From: an uncultured Candidatus Saccharibacteria bacterium
GTDB taxonomy: Bacteria > Patescibacteriota > Minisyncoccia > Phycocordibacterales > UBA2100
Length of the DNA stretch: 64,000 nt
Assembly: GCA_964623775.1 (NCBI GenBank)
Contig: CAZUVH010000001.1
Coordinates: 220,784-284,783, forward strand
Reading direction: 5' to 3'
In this document: one piece after another, positions 35,341 to 44,379 of the stretch
How positions within the stretch are numbered: position 1 is the first letter of the stretch
Layout of the letters: every line of letters begins with the position of its first letter
The notes under the pieces: model-generated
The model's database searches: none
Seen by the model: the letters and a program-made list of their open reading frames with translations, nothing else
What the model was told of the DNA's origin: nothing
Made by a program: the position numbers and the translations under genes

Positions 35341-36310
35341 ATTTTTTCAGTGATTTCAAAAATAATCTCACACCTGAGGCTATTGCTGCAAATGCTGGCG
35401 TGTCGTCCGACATATCCATGACCATGCGTCGGAGCCGGTACCTTTTTGTATCTTTTGTATTAGTGCCCTCAAGGGTTGTAAGGGCGTGTGTAAACCGGCC
35501 CTCTTCGAGCACGCGCTCAACAGTATCATTCCAATCGCCCGGTTGCCCGTTGGGGTAGGCAAACACGCCCGAGAGAGTCACGCCTTCCGACTCAAGCGCC
35601 TCCTTGGATCCGCTGATTTCACTTCGGACACACTCCGTTGATTCAAGAGAAAGGATGGGGTGACTTTTTGTGTGAGCTCCATATGTAATGGAGTGGTCCG
35701 CCATTTCCAGTATTTCTTCATGCGCGAGAGGGGCGTATACAGCTCGGTCGCCACTGAAGTCGGTGAGTGCCGCCCCGGACTCTTTTTCAAAGGATTGGAG
35801 GCGCGCTTCGCGCTCATCGGTCGATAGTTTCTTCAGCTCATTTCGCAAGCGAATGTCGAGCCGGATCTTCTCGGCACTACTCTCTGACCGCATCCCGGTT
35901 GCATATTCGAGTCGATCGACCCAGAGAGGTTTTTTCCCGAGCACAAAATCGGTTGCGAGAAACATCGTCGCGGGAACACCGATATCTTTCAAAATGGGAA
36001 ACGCGTGCGTATAAAAATTACGATAACCGTCGTCGAACGTGATTACGAGTGAATACGGCGGAAGTGTGCCAGTTTCCATTCGCGAGATCGCGTCATCGAG
36101 ACCCAGAATCGTATAGTGTCGCCTGAAGTAGTGTACCTGTCTTTCAAAATGCTTTGGTGCGATGAACTTGCCGCGATAATTGTAGATGCCCGGTCCCTTT
36201 TGCGGAGCCACACCGTGATAGAGTAGGATGGTTAACTCATGCCTATGGACGAATCGAAGCACAGCGGCGAAGCCCGTATAGAAGAACATAATGAGAAGAA
36301 AACGCCCCAT
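35312..36310 (-). CDS. polysaccharide deacetylase (carbohydrate esterase family 4, NodB homology)
   Basis: ITFDDGY motif 1 and AHTKSHP His motif; overlaps the downstream methyltransferase by 29 nt. Confidence 0.75.
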   Translation of the reverse strand: MGRFLLIMFFYTGFAAVLRFVHRHELTILLYHGVAPQKGPGIYNYRGKFIAPKHFERQVHYFRRHYTILGLDDAISRMETGTLPPYSLVITFDDGYRNFYTHAFPILKDIGVPATMFLATDFVLGKKPLWVDRLEYATGMRSESSAEKIRLDIRLRNELKKLSTDEREARLQSFEKESGAALTDFSGDRAVYAPLAHEEILEMADHSITYGAHTKSHPILSLESTECVRSEISGSKEALESEGVTLSGVFAYPNGQPGDWNDTVERVLEEGRFTHALTTLEGTNTKDTKRYRLRRMVMDMSDDTPAFAAIASGVRLFLKSLKKYAKRSNVFQ

Positions 36311-37396
36311 TCCTCGGATAGTATCCCATTTTCACTCATTTCAGTAGGCACAGAGACTGCGCTTTTCGATCGGCAATCACGCGTGCGCGAGCGTATTCTC
36401 ATGTACGCAAGACGATTCAAAAAAACCGACATGATCGTTATGTGCGGTCGCCGGTATGCAAAAGAACATGTCGGATCCGTCACCCTTCATCCCACGAATT
36501 CGTACACGCCGCCCCTCAGATTGCTCGATGCAGTTAGGATCGGCCGCACGATCAGGGGTGCGGACATTGTCACCACACAAGACCCTTTCGAGACCGGCCT
36601 CGCCGCATGGATCATCGCGCAAGCGAAAGGATTGCCACTCCATGTACAGGTTCACACTGATCTTTTTTCGCCCGCGTACGGTGCACTCAACCTGAAGAAT
36701 CGTATTCGCGTCAAAATAGCGAGATTTGTGCTACGGAGGGCCACGCGCATCCGCGTCGTATCAGCACGAATAAAACGATCAATTGAAGAGCAACTCAGCC
36801 CGACAGCCACCATTACCGTTTTACCGATATTCACCGATATCGAGCGGTTTAAACATGCGCCGTTTGATCGTGATTTGATTCAACGATTTTCCGCATTCAC
36901 CAAAAAAATTCTGGTGGTGTCACGGCTCGAGCCGGAAAAGAACGTCGCGCTCGCGATCCGGTCATTTGCAATGGCAGCGCCGAAAGACGCGTGCCTCATT
37001 ATTGTCGGCGGCGGCACTCTTCGCGCTTCACTCGGGAAAACGGTAGCCGAACTTAAAATAGCCAACCGCGTCTTTTTCGAAAATCCGGCCGATGTTGCGC
37101 TGTACTATAAACTGGCCGATCTTGTCCTCGTACCGTCTCACTACGAAGGATATGGCCTTGTCGTTTTGGAAGCGCTCGCGGCAGGCAAGCCGGTTCTTTC
37201 GACTGACGTCGGTGTTTCAAGAGAGTCAGGGGCACTTATCGCTACACGCGACACTTTTGCGGATTCTCTCCGAGAATGGTTTAAAAGCGGCCCTCGAGTG
37301 GGTCATATGGGGCCGTACCCATACAGAAATTTCGAAGAATACGTAAGTGCATATTGTGAAGATATTGCGGCGTGCATGAGCGGAAAAGGAAAATAA
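36239..37396 (+). CDS. glycosyltransferase family 4
   Basis: EGYGLVVLEALAAGKPVLSTDVG (EX7E); the listed start overlaps the divergent deacetylase start by 72 nt, so the true start may be internal (for example M at 36401). Confidence 0.7.
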   Translation: MPMDESKHSGEARIEEHNEKKTPHSSDSIPFSLISVGTETALFDRQSRVRERILMYARRFKKTDMIVMCGRRYAKEHVGSVTLHPTNSYTPPLRLLDAVRIGRTIRGADIVTTQDPFETGLAAWIIAQAKGLPLHVQVHTDLFSPAYGALNLKNRIRVKIARFVLRRATRIRVVSARIKRSIEEQLSPTATITVLPIFTDIERFKHAPFDRDLIQRFSAFTKKILVVSRLEPEKNVALAIRSFAMAAPKDACLIIVGGGTLRASLGKTVAELKIANRVFFENPADVALYYKLADLVLVPSHYEGYGLVVLEALAAGKPVLSTDVGVSRESGALIATRDTFADSLREWFKSGPRVGHMGPYPYRNFEEYVSAYCEDIAACMSGKGK

Positions 37397-37450
37397 GGGT
37401 TACAATCCCGCCCTTTCCCGGAAAGAAAGGGCGGGATACAATGCCATCTT

Positions 37451-39409
37451 ATGGCTAAGCCACTGATCGGTTTCATAGGTCAGGGATACATCGGTAAGAA
37501 TTATGCCGATGATTTTGAGCGTCGCGGATACGAGACGGTCCGTTATGCGCTCGAGGAGCCGTATCGCGCCAATAAAGAAAAGATCAAGGATTGTGATTAT
37601 GTATTTATCGCCGTACCGACCCCGACGACCCCGGAAGGTTTCAGTGCGCATATCGTAAAGGATGCGATCGGGCTTGTGGGAAAAGGTAAAACTGCCGTCA
37701 TCAAATCGACGATTGTTCCCGGCACCACCAAGAAGTTTCAGGAGGATTACCCGGATCGTACCGTCGTCTACTCGCCGGAATTTTTGAGTGAAGCGACAGC
37801 TGCACACGACGCAGCGCATCCCTACATGAACGTTGTTGGTCTTACGAAAGACACCGCGGAGCAAAAAGCAAAAGCCGCGGAAATTCACGCTATTCTTCCG
37901 GAAGCCCCTTTCTCGCACACATGTACGAGCACCGAGGCCGAGATCGTCAAATATTCACACAACGGCGCTGCATACACCCAAATTATTTTTTTCAATTTGA
38001 TGTATGAGCTCGCAAAGCAAAAGGGATGTGATTGGGAAGCCATTCAACAAGCACTCGAGCATGATCCGTGGATTCCGAGCAGGTACGCGCGTCCGGTCCA
38101 CAAAAGTGGGCGCGGCGCAGGCGGTCATTGTTTTATTAAGGACATAGCAGCAATTCGTCGTGAGTATGAGAAACATTTCGCAAACTCTTCAGGTGTCGCT
38201 GTGTTCGACGCGATGGAGAAGAAGAATATCGACCTTTTACGTTCTTCGGACAAAGATCTCGATCTCCTTTCGGATGTGTACGGAACTTCCGTTCTCGAAG
38301 GTAAATTCCAGAAGCAAGAAGTAGAGAAATTGAGTTCGCTACGCGGACACATGAAGGTGCTTGTCTGTACGGAAGCAATTGACCAGTCAGATCCGCTGCT
38401 CGGATTCTTTCATCGGTGGCTTGAGGAATTCGCCCGCCACGCGCATCGCGTGCACGTGATCTGCCTCGGCTACGGCGGGGGAAGATTGCCGGGCAACGTG
38501 ATCGAACATTCTCTCGGTAAAGAATCAATGACCGGTGCGCGTCTTTGGAAGCGCGCGCTCTACTCGCTGAAGCTTCTGCGTCACGCGTGGAATAACAGTG
38601 ATGATTACGAGACTGTCCTCGTTCATCTCTCGCCGGAATACCTGCTCGTCGCTGGTCTCTTGTGGCGCATGCTCGGTAAGCGCGTCGGCTTTTGGTACAA
38701 CGATAGTGAGGGCAGTTGGAGGGTGCGTGCGGCGATCTCGCTCGCCGACGTTGTGTTCTATTCGAATCCCGATTCTTACGCTGCAGGATATTCGCACGCC
38801 CGCAAGATACCAATGGGCGTCGACGTTGATATGTACGCCAAAGACCACCTGAGAGAGCCCGACTCACTGCTCTTCCTCGGACGCATCTCTCCGGCAAAAC
38901 ACCTCGACGAGGTCTTCAGGGCTCTCTCGAGGCTCAAGAAGCATTCGACGCTCGATGTATATGGGACACCGGGGCCGGGCAATGCCGATTATGCTCGCGA
39001 CCTCCAGGTACGTTTCCAGAGCCTCGAGAAGAGTGGCGCACTGCGCTATCGCGGTGCCGTAGCGCACGCAGAGACACCCTCTGTATATGGCACACATGAT
39101 ATTTTCATTCACACGGGTACGCTTCGCGGATTCAATAAGACACTCCTCGAAGCAATAGCGGCTGGAAACATCGTCGTCACCTCGGAGCCCAGTATGCGCG
39201 GTGTCGTCAGTGATTCCTTGTTTGTCAAAGAACCCACAGAGTCGGCGGTAGCGGCAGCGATCAATACCGCCCTCTCACTCTCTGAGACGCAAAAAAGTGA
39301 AGAGCGCTCTCGCTTACGAGCCTATGTTAGACGCGAGCACTCGCTTTCTTCGGTCGTGCCTGTCATGCTTGAAATGCTCGCGCGCCCAGGTGGTGAGGCG
39401 AATACCTAA
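37451..39409 (+). CDS. fusion: UDP-glucose/GDP-mannose dehydrogenase family (N-terminal ~300 aa) plus GT-B glycosyltransferase-like domain (C-terminal ~340 aa)
   Basis: IGFIGQGYIGKNYA NAD-binding motif, GGHCFIKD catalytic-Cys motif; C-terminal half (VLVCTEAIDQSDPLLGFFHRWLEEFARHAHRVHVICL...) is a paralog of the next gene. Confidence 0.65.
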   Translation: MAKPLIGFIGQGYIGKNYADDFERRGYETVRYALEEPYRANKEKIKDCDYVFIAVPTPTTPEGFSAHIVKDAIGLVGKGKTAVIKSTIVPGTTKKFQEDYPDRTVVYSPEFLSEATAAHDAAHPYMNVVGLTKDTAEQKAKAAEIHAILPEAPFSHTCTSTEAEIVKYSHNGAAYTQIIFFNLMYELAKQKGCDWEAIQQALEHDPWIPSRYARPVHKSGRGAGGHCFIKDIAAIRREYEKHFANSSGVAVFDAMEKKNIDLLRSSDKDLDLLSDVYGTSVLEGKFQKQEVEKLSSLRGHMKVLVCTEAIDQSDPLLGFFHRWLEEFARHAHRVHVICLGYGGGRLPGNVIEHSLGKESMTGARLWKRALYSLKLLRHAWNNSDDYETVLVHLSPEYLLVAGLLWRMLGKRVGFWYNDSEGSWRVRAAISLADVVFYSNPDSYAAGYSHARKIPMGVDVDMYAKDHLREPDSLLFLGRISPAKHLDEVFRALSRLKKHSTLDVYGTPGPGNADYARDLQVRFQSLEKSGALRYRGAVAHAETPSVYGTHDIFIHTGTLRGFNKTLLEAIAAGNIVVTSEPSMRGVVSDSLFVKEPTESAVAAAINTALSLSETQKSEERSRLRAYVRREHSLSSVVPVMLEMLARPGGEANT

Positions 39410-39413
39410 AACA

Positions 39414-40451
39414 ATGACAAAAGGTCACAGACTTTTGATAGTCACACAGGCGGTTGATCTCGACAGTCCCGTATTAGGGTTCTTTCATCGGTGGATAGAA
39501 GAGATCGCAACCCACTTCGAGAGCGTAGTTGTCATCTGCCTGTTCGAGGGTCGCCATTCACTCCCGCAAAATGTCGAAGTATTTTCGCTCGGCAAAGAAA
39601 AAAGGGAAGCCTATAAACCAGAATATGCGCAAAGATTTTTAGCGCTCGTGTGGGGACTACGAGGTCGTTACGACAGTGTATTTGTGCACATGAATCTGGA
39701 GTACGTTCTTCTTGCTGGCTGGCTCTGGATGTTGCTCAGGAAGCCCGTCTACCTCTGGCGTAATCACTATCAGCGGAGTCCATTCATGGGTTTCGCCGCT
39801 TTTTTCTGCAAAAAAATGTTTTGTACGTCTGAGTATTCGTACAATGCAAAATATAAAAAAACAGTGCTCATGCCGCTTGGTATCGACACAGATACGTTCA
39901 AGCCCCTCGACTTACCGCGCTTGCAATCGGTCCTATCGATCGGACGCATCGCGCCCTCAAAGCAGCTTGAAATCCTGATCGATGCGATCGCCCTTCTCGC
40001 AAAAGACAATATCAAATTAGGGACGCACATATATGGCGAGGCATTGCCCCAGGATATGAAGTATCTTGCGGATTTAAAAAAACGCGCACAAGGTGCTCGG
40101 ATTGAACATCTGATTGAATTCCATCCGGGCGTGCGTAATAGCGATACCCCGGCACTTTACAGTGCGCACGAAATATTCGTGAACTGCAGTAGAAGCGGTA
40201 TGTACGATAAGACAATCTTTGAGGCTCTCGCGTGTGGCGCGCTCTCGATAGCATCGAGCGGAGACTATGCTGATGTTGCGGACAAACGACTCACTTTTGA
40301 TGGCACTCCAGAAAGCCTCGCCGACACCCTCAAGATCATGCTCAAGCTGTCGGCAGAGGAGAGGGCGAATATACGAAACGAGTCACGGGGACTGGTCGAA
40401 AAGAATAGTGTACGTGCCCTTGGCCGTAGGCTAGCCGAAGAGGTACAATAA
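39414..40451 (+). CDS. glycosyltransferase-like protein, paralog of the C-terminal domain of the preceding fusion
   Basis: LLIVTQAVDLDSPVLGFFHRWIEEIATHFESVVVICL aligns with the fusion's C-half; start at MTKGH (39414), 4 nt after the upstream stop. Confidence 0.6.
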   Translation: MTKGHRLLIVTQAVDLDSPVLGFFHRWIEEIATHFESVVVICLFEGRHSLPQNVEVFSLGKEKREAYKPEYAQRFLALVWGLRGRYDSVFVHMNLEYVLLAGWLWMLLRKPVYLWRNHYQRSPFMGFAAFFCKKMFCTSEYSYNAKYKKTVLMPLGIDTDTFKPLDLPRLQSVLSIGRIAPSKQLEILIDAIALLAKDNIKLGTHIYGEALPQDMKYLADLKKRAQGARIEHLIEFHPGVRNSDTPALYSAHEIFVNCSRSGMYDKTIFEALACGALSIASSGDYADVADKRLTFDGTPESLADTLKIMLKLSAEERANIRNESRGLVEKNSVRALGRRLAEEVQ

Positions 40452-40457
40452 GCCACC

Positions 40458-41993
40458 ATGCGATTTCTAAGGATCAACTGGTTGCCGCTCATTGTGGTTG
40501 GGATGGGTTTTTGCGCTTCACTCGCGCTTGCGCTCGCCCCCCTCAATTTTCTTCTCTTGAATACGATTCCAGATGATTCTTTTTATTACTTTCAGATCGC
40601 TCGAAATATCGTCCACGGCCTCGGCTCCACATTTGATGGGATAAATCTCACGAACGGCTATCACCCGCTCTGGATGCTCCTTCTTCTGCCAATATTTGCG
40701 TATTTTTCGTCACCTGTCGTAATGGATGTAGCGCCCATCCATGCCGCGTTGTCGCTCTCCGCGGTATTCAACGCCGGGATCGGATTGGTGCTTTTCGTAA
40801 TTATTTCACGATACACGTCGAACGCTTGGATAAAAGCTCTCGCCCTTGGTGCTTGGTTTTTCAACCCCTTCAATCTGTATTCGATGGCTGACGGGCTTGA
40901 GACGGCTCTTTCAATACTGCTCATCGCGTCATTTTTCCTCACCGCACTACGTTTTCAGGATCGGAGGACCTTGAGAAGCCTTGCCCTCGTGGGTGTTGTC
41001 GCAGGCTTTATGATGCTCGCGCGCCTCGATAATGTTTTTTATTTTCTTATGTTTCTCTCGTGGCTCGTATATGACGGTGGTATACGCGCTAGCATGCGCA
41101 ACGTACTGTTTGTCGGGGTCATTGCATCGATTGTTGTCTCGCCATGGCTCTTGTGGAATTTTTTCACGTTTGGCATGTTCCTCACATCTGCTTCCGCAGC
41201 ATATACGATCGTTAATCACCGAATCATCTATCAGGACAATGGGGAAACGCTTTTTCAGACATTGAAGGCCATCGTATTCATGACTGACTATTCACTGCGA
41301 CAATTTGTCATCCCACGGACAGGAGCGCCGTCAGTTTTCTTCACACTTCTCGGATTGACTGCGATTTGGTTTATGTTGGCTGAGGGACGATTACGCAGTT
41401 TCATTCGATCAATACCGCTCGAGCTTTTTCTCGTTGGGGGATGGGCGCTGATCTTCATCGCGAATGCCAGTATCCGATGGTCTCCTCGCGAATGGTACTT
41501 TGTCGCGCTCAACTTTTTTATTGCGATATGGATTGCCTGGCTTTTAGAAAAGTTACGGGAGAGCGGAAAGTTGCGCATGAGCTTGGTTGCGCTCGTCGCG
41601 TGCTTTGTCGCAGCGCTCTACTTTATAAGTTGGGAAAAATATCTTCACAACGCTTACAGTAATAGTCCGCAAGTCCTCGAAGCAACGCTCTGGATGAACG
41701 ACAATCTTCCAAAAGGCTCGGTCATTGGCGCCTTTAATGCGGGGATGGAGGGGTATTTTTCCACGAATCGTTTAATTAATTTGGATGGACTTGTGAACAA
41801 TGAGGCGTACGAGGCGATACGCGACAGGCGGCTGTGGGGCTATGTGAAAGAGGAGAGAATCGAATATCTCGCCGATCAAGGGAAACATGTCCAGTACCGA
41901 ATGAGAAGCTCTTTAGGTATTCCGAATGTTCTCGACGAGCTTGAAATTTTGCACGAGACAGCTGGAGGACCCGCTGTGTACAGGATCAAATAA
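40458..41993 (+). CDS. polytopic membrane protein, putative GT-C-type glycosyltransferase
   Basis: About 12 TM helices; DD motif in the first loop (IPDDSFYYFQIARNI) and a soluble C-terminal domain; the fold assignment is inference. Confidence 0.4.
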   Translation: MRFLRINWLPLIVVGMGFCASLALALAPLNFLLLNTIPDDSFYYFQIARNIVHGLGSTFDGINLTNGYHPLWMLLLLPIFAYFSSPVVMDVAPIHAALSLSAVFNAGIGLVLFVIISRYTSNAWIKALALGAWFFNPFNLYSMADGLETALSILLIASFFLTALRFQDRRTLRSLALVGVVAGFMMLARLDNVFYFLMFLSWLVYDGGIRASMRNVLFVGVIASIVVSPWLLWNFFTFGMFLTSASAAYTIVNHRIIYQDNGETLFQTLKAIVFMTDYSLRQFVIPRTGAPSVFFTLLGLTAIWFMLAEGRLRSFIRSIPLELFLVGGWALIFIANASIRWSPREWYFVALNFFIAIWIAWLLEKLRESGKLRMSLVALVACFVAALYFISWEKYLHNAYSNSPQVLEATLWMNDNLPKGSVIGAFNAGMEGYFSTNRLINLDGLVNNEAYEAIRDRRLWGYVKEERIEYLADQGKHVQYRMRSSLGIPNVLDELEILHETAGGPAVYRIK

Positions 41994-42012
41994 TTGTGGT
42001 ACGGTGCGGCCG

Positions 42013-43305
42013 ATGGTCCGATTCACCGAACTTGATCCGGCTGCCTTTAAGGGGGCGATTGTAATCGTGGATATCGACGGTACGCTCACGAACGATCGCA
42101 ATACGGAGGTTGACCAGACTGCGAAGCGTCAGCTTATGACTATCGCAGCGCAGGCGAGTGTCTACCTCTGCTCCAATAGCTCAAGTACCGCGCGATTTTG
42201 GCAGCTTGCGAGAGAGACCGGTACGGTATATCTCGGTACGACACTTCGAAAGCCCGACCCTCGTATACTGAAATTGATTCCTGACATCGCCGACAGACGT
42301 ATTGTAGTGATTGGTGACAAGCATCTGACCGATGGGCGGTTTGCGAAAAAAATCGGTGCCGAATTTGTGCACATCTCTCGCGTTACGCATGAGTCCGATC
42401 GGGCAGTGGTTACATTTACCTATCTCATTGACGATCTTTTTACCGCGGGCTTGCGTAAGCTTCACGTCGTCACCCCATATATCCAATTGATGAGGCCGAT
42501 GCAGTGGGTAAAAAATCTGCTCGTCTTTGCCCCCATATTTTTTGCGCACCAAGTATTCAATACTTCGATTCTCGCGAGTGGCGTGCTCGCATTCATTGTG
42601 TTCTCACTCTCTGCGAGCGCTGTATACGTGATGAATGATCTCGCGGACAAAGAGGGTGATCGCGCGCACCCGAGGAAGCGATTCCGTCCGATTGCCCGCG
42701 GTGCCGTCAACGAGACGAAAGCGACCGCGTTCATTGCAATGCTTCTTGCGGTTGCGGCGATTGCACTTGCATTCGTGCCTGCACTTTTGCCCGTGGCACT
42801 GATCTACTTTGGTCTGAATGTCATGTATTCATTCCGTCTCAAGCACGTCGCAGTAGTCGATGTGCTTCTTGTCGCGATCTTTTATATCTTGCGTGTGATT
42901 GCCGGTGGCATGGCCACCGACCTCCCGCTCTCGCCGTGGATTATCTTGTGCGTGCTCTTCGGTTCACTTTTTATTATTGTCGGAAAGCGTCGCGCCGAAG
43001 CACAGCTTACGTCAAAGCGTTCCGTTCTCGATTCATATTCTCCGCAAGCCCTCGATGCGATGCTTAATGTCACCGCGGGACTTGCGATAATCTCATACGG
43101 GCTCTATTCAATTCTCGGACACAACTCACCGCAGCTTGTCTATTCGACGATCTTCGTCGCGTTTGTTTTTTTGCGCATGCTCAATGATATCTACATGCGA
43201 CCGAGCGACGCCGAGGCCCCCGAGCTGCTTGTATTTAAGGACCGATGGATTCTTGCCTCCTTCGCGGGCTGGGTCATGTACGTGTTTTGGATTTTTTATT
43301 TCTAG
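42013..43305 (+). CDS. fusion: HAD-family phosphatase domain plus UbiA-family prenyltransferase (decaprenyl-phosphate phosphoribosyltransferase-like)
   Basis: N-terminal IVIVDIDGTLT (HAD motif I) and VVIGDK (motif IV-like); C-terminal RPMQWVKNLLVFAPIFFA, NDLADKEGD (NDxxDxxxD), HPRKRFRPIARG; 7-8 TM helices. Confidence 0.65.
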   Translation: MVRFTELDPAAFKGAIVIVDIDGTLTNDRNTEVDQTAKRQLMTIAAQASVYLCSNSSSTARFWQLARETGTVYLGTTLRKPDPRILKLIPDIADRRIVVIGDKHLTDGRFAKKIGAEFVHISRVTHESDRAVVTFTYLIDDLFTAGLRKLHVVTPYIQLMRPMQWVKNLLVFAPIFFAHQVFNTSILASGVLAFIVFSLSASAVYVMNDLADKEGDRAHPRKRFRPIARGAVNETKATAFIAMLLAVAAIALAFVPALLPVALIYFGLNVMYSFRLKHVAVVDVLLVAIFYILRVIAGGMATDLPLSPWIILCVLFGSLFIIVGKRRAEAQLTSKRSVLDSYSPQALDAMLNVTAGLAIISYGLYSILGHNSPQLVYSTIFVAFVFLRMLNDIYMRPSDAEAPELLVFKDRWILASFAGWVMYVFWIFYF

Positions 43306-43341
43306 CTTTTCATCCTGGTCGTAGTGCGCTACGCTGACGCA

Positions 43342-44379
43342 ATGGCAAGGTACTTCATCACAGGTGGCGCCGGTTTCCTCGGCATCAATATGGTGCGTCA
43401 TCTTCTCAAGAACGGACACCTTGTCACATCGTACGATCTTGCACCGTTTGACTACCCGGAGCGCGCGCATATAACCGAAGTAACGGGCGATATACGCGAC
43501 AAGGATAGGCTTGCGGCGAGCATGAAGGATATCGACATTGTCATTCACACGGCCGCGGCACTCCCGCTGTACTCAGCAGAAGATATTCGCTCGACCGATA
43601 TCGACGGCACACGCAACGTTCTCGAAGTAGCAAAGCAGAGTGGAGTTTCTCGCGTGATCCACATATCCTCGACGGCTGTCTATGGGATACCGGATCACCA
43701 TCCGCTGTATGAACACGATGCGCTCAAAGGTGTCGGCGAATACGGCAAAGCGAAAATTGCCGCTGAGGAGATCTGCCTTGAATATCGCAAGCACGGCATG
43801 TGCGTGCCCATTATCAGACCCAAATCATTCATCGGTCCTGAGCGGCTCGGCGTGTTTGCACTCTTCTATGATTGGGCAGCCGATGGTCATGGGTTCCCCA
43901 TGATCGGCAGCGGGCGCAATCGGTATCAACTCCTCGACGTTGAGGATTTGTGCGACGCGATCTATCTGTGCGCCACGAAGGACATGAATTCGGTGAATGA
44001 TACGTTCAACATCGGTGCCGAGGAGTTTACGACGATGAGGGAGGACTACCAGGCCGTGCTCGACCGTGCGGGTTTTGGCAAGAAGATTACCGGATTGCCG
44101 GCCGCGCCTGCCATATGGACTCTGCGCATCCTTGAGGCCATGCATCTCTCGCCGCTCTATAAATGGGTTTATGAGACCGCCTCGAAAGACAGTTTCGTTT
44201 CTATCGATAAGGCCAAGCATAAACTCGGCTTCAAGCCAAAATTTTCCAATAAAGACTCGCTGATACGCAACTACGAATGGTACGTTTCGCACCGCAACGA
44301 ATTCAAGAATGCGAGCGGCGTATCGCACCGCGTACCATGGAAGCAGGGGATTCTCTCCATTGCCAAAGTTTTTTTCTAA
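43342..44379 (+). CDS. NAD-dependent epimerase/dehydratase (SDR), candidate lipid-linked-pentose 2'-epimerase
   Basis: ITGGAGFLG, YGKAK (YxxxK); adjacent to the HAD-UbiA fusion; the epimerase role is inference. Confidence 0.6.
   Translation: MARYFITGGAGFLGINMVRHLLKNGHLVTSYDLAPFDYPERAHITEVTGDIRDKDRLAASMKDIDIVIHTAAALPLYSAEDIRSTDIDGTRNVLEVAKQSGVSRVIHISSTAVYGIPDHHPLYEHDALKGVGEYGKAKIAAEEICLEYRKHGMCVPIIRPKSFIGPERLGVFALFYDWAADGHGFPMIGSGRNRYQLLDVEDLCDAIYLCATKDMNSVNDTFNIGAEEFTTMREDYQAVLDRAGFGKKITGLPAAPAIWTLRILEAMHLSPLYKWVYETASKDSFVSIDKAKHKLGFKPKFSNKDSLIRNYEWYVSHRNEFKNASGVSHRVPWKQGILSIAKVFF

Noticed and set aside
38136-38897. 253-aa minus-strand ORF inside the dehydrogenase-GT fusion gene
   Set aside because: Arg-rich antisense shadow of a gene with clear UDP-sugar dehydrogenase motifs
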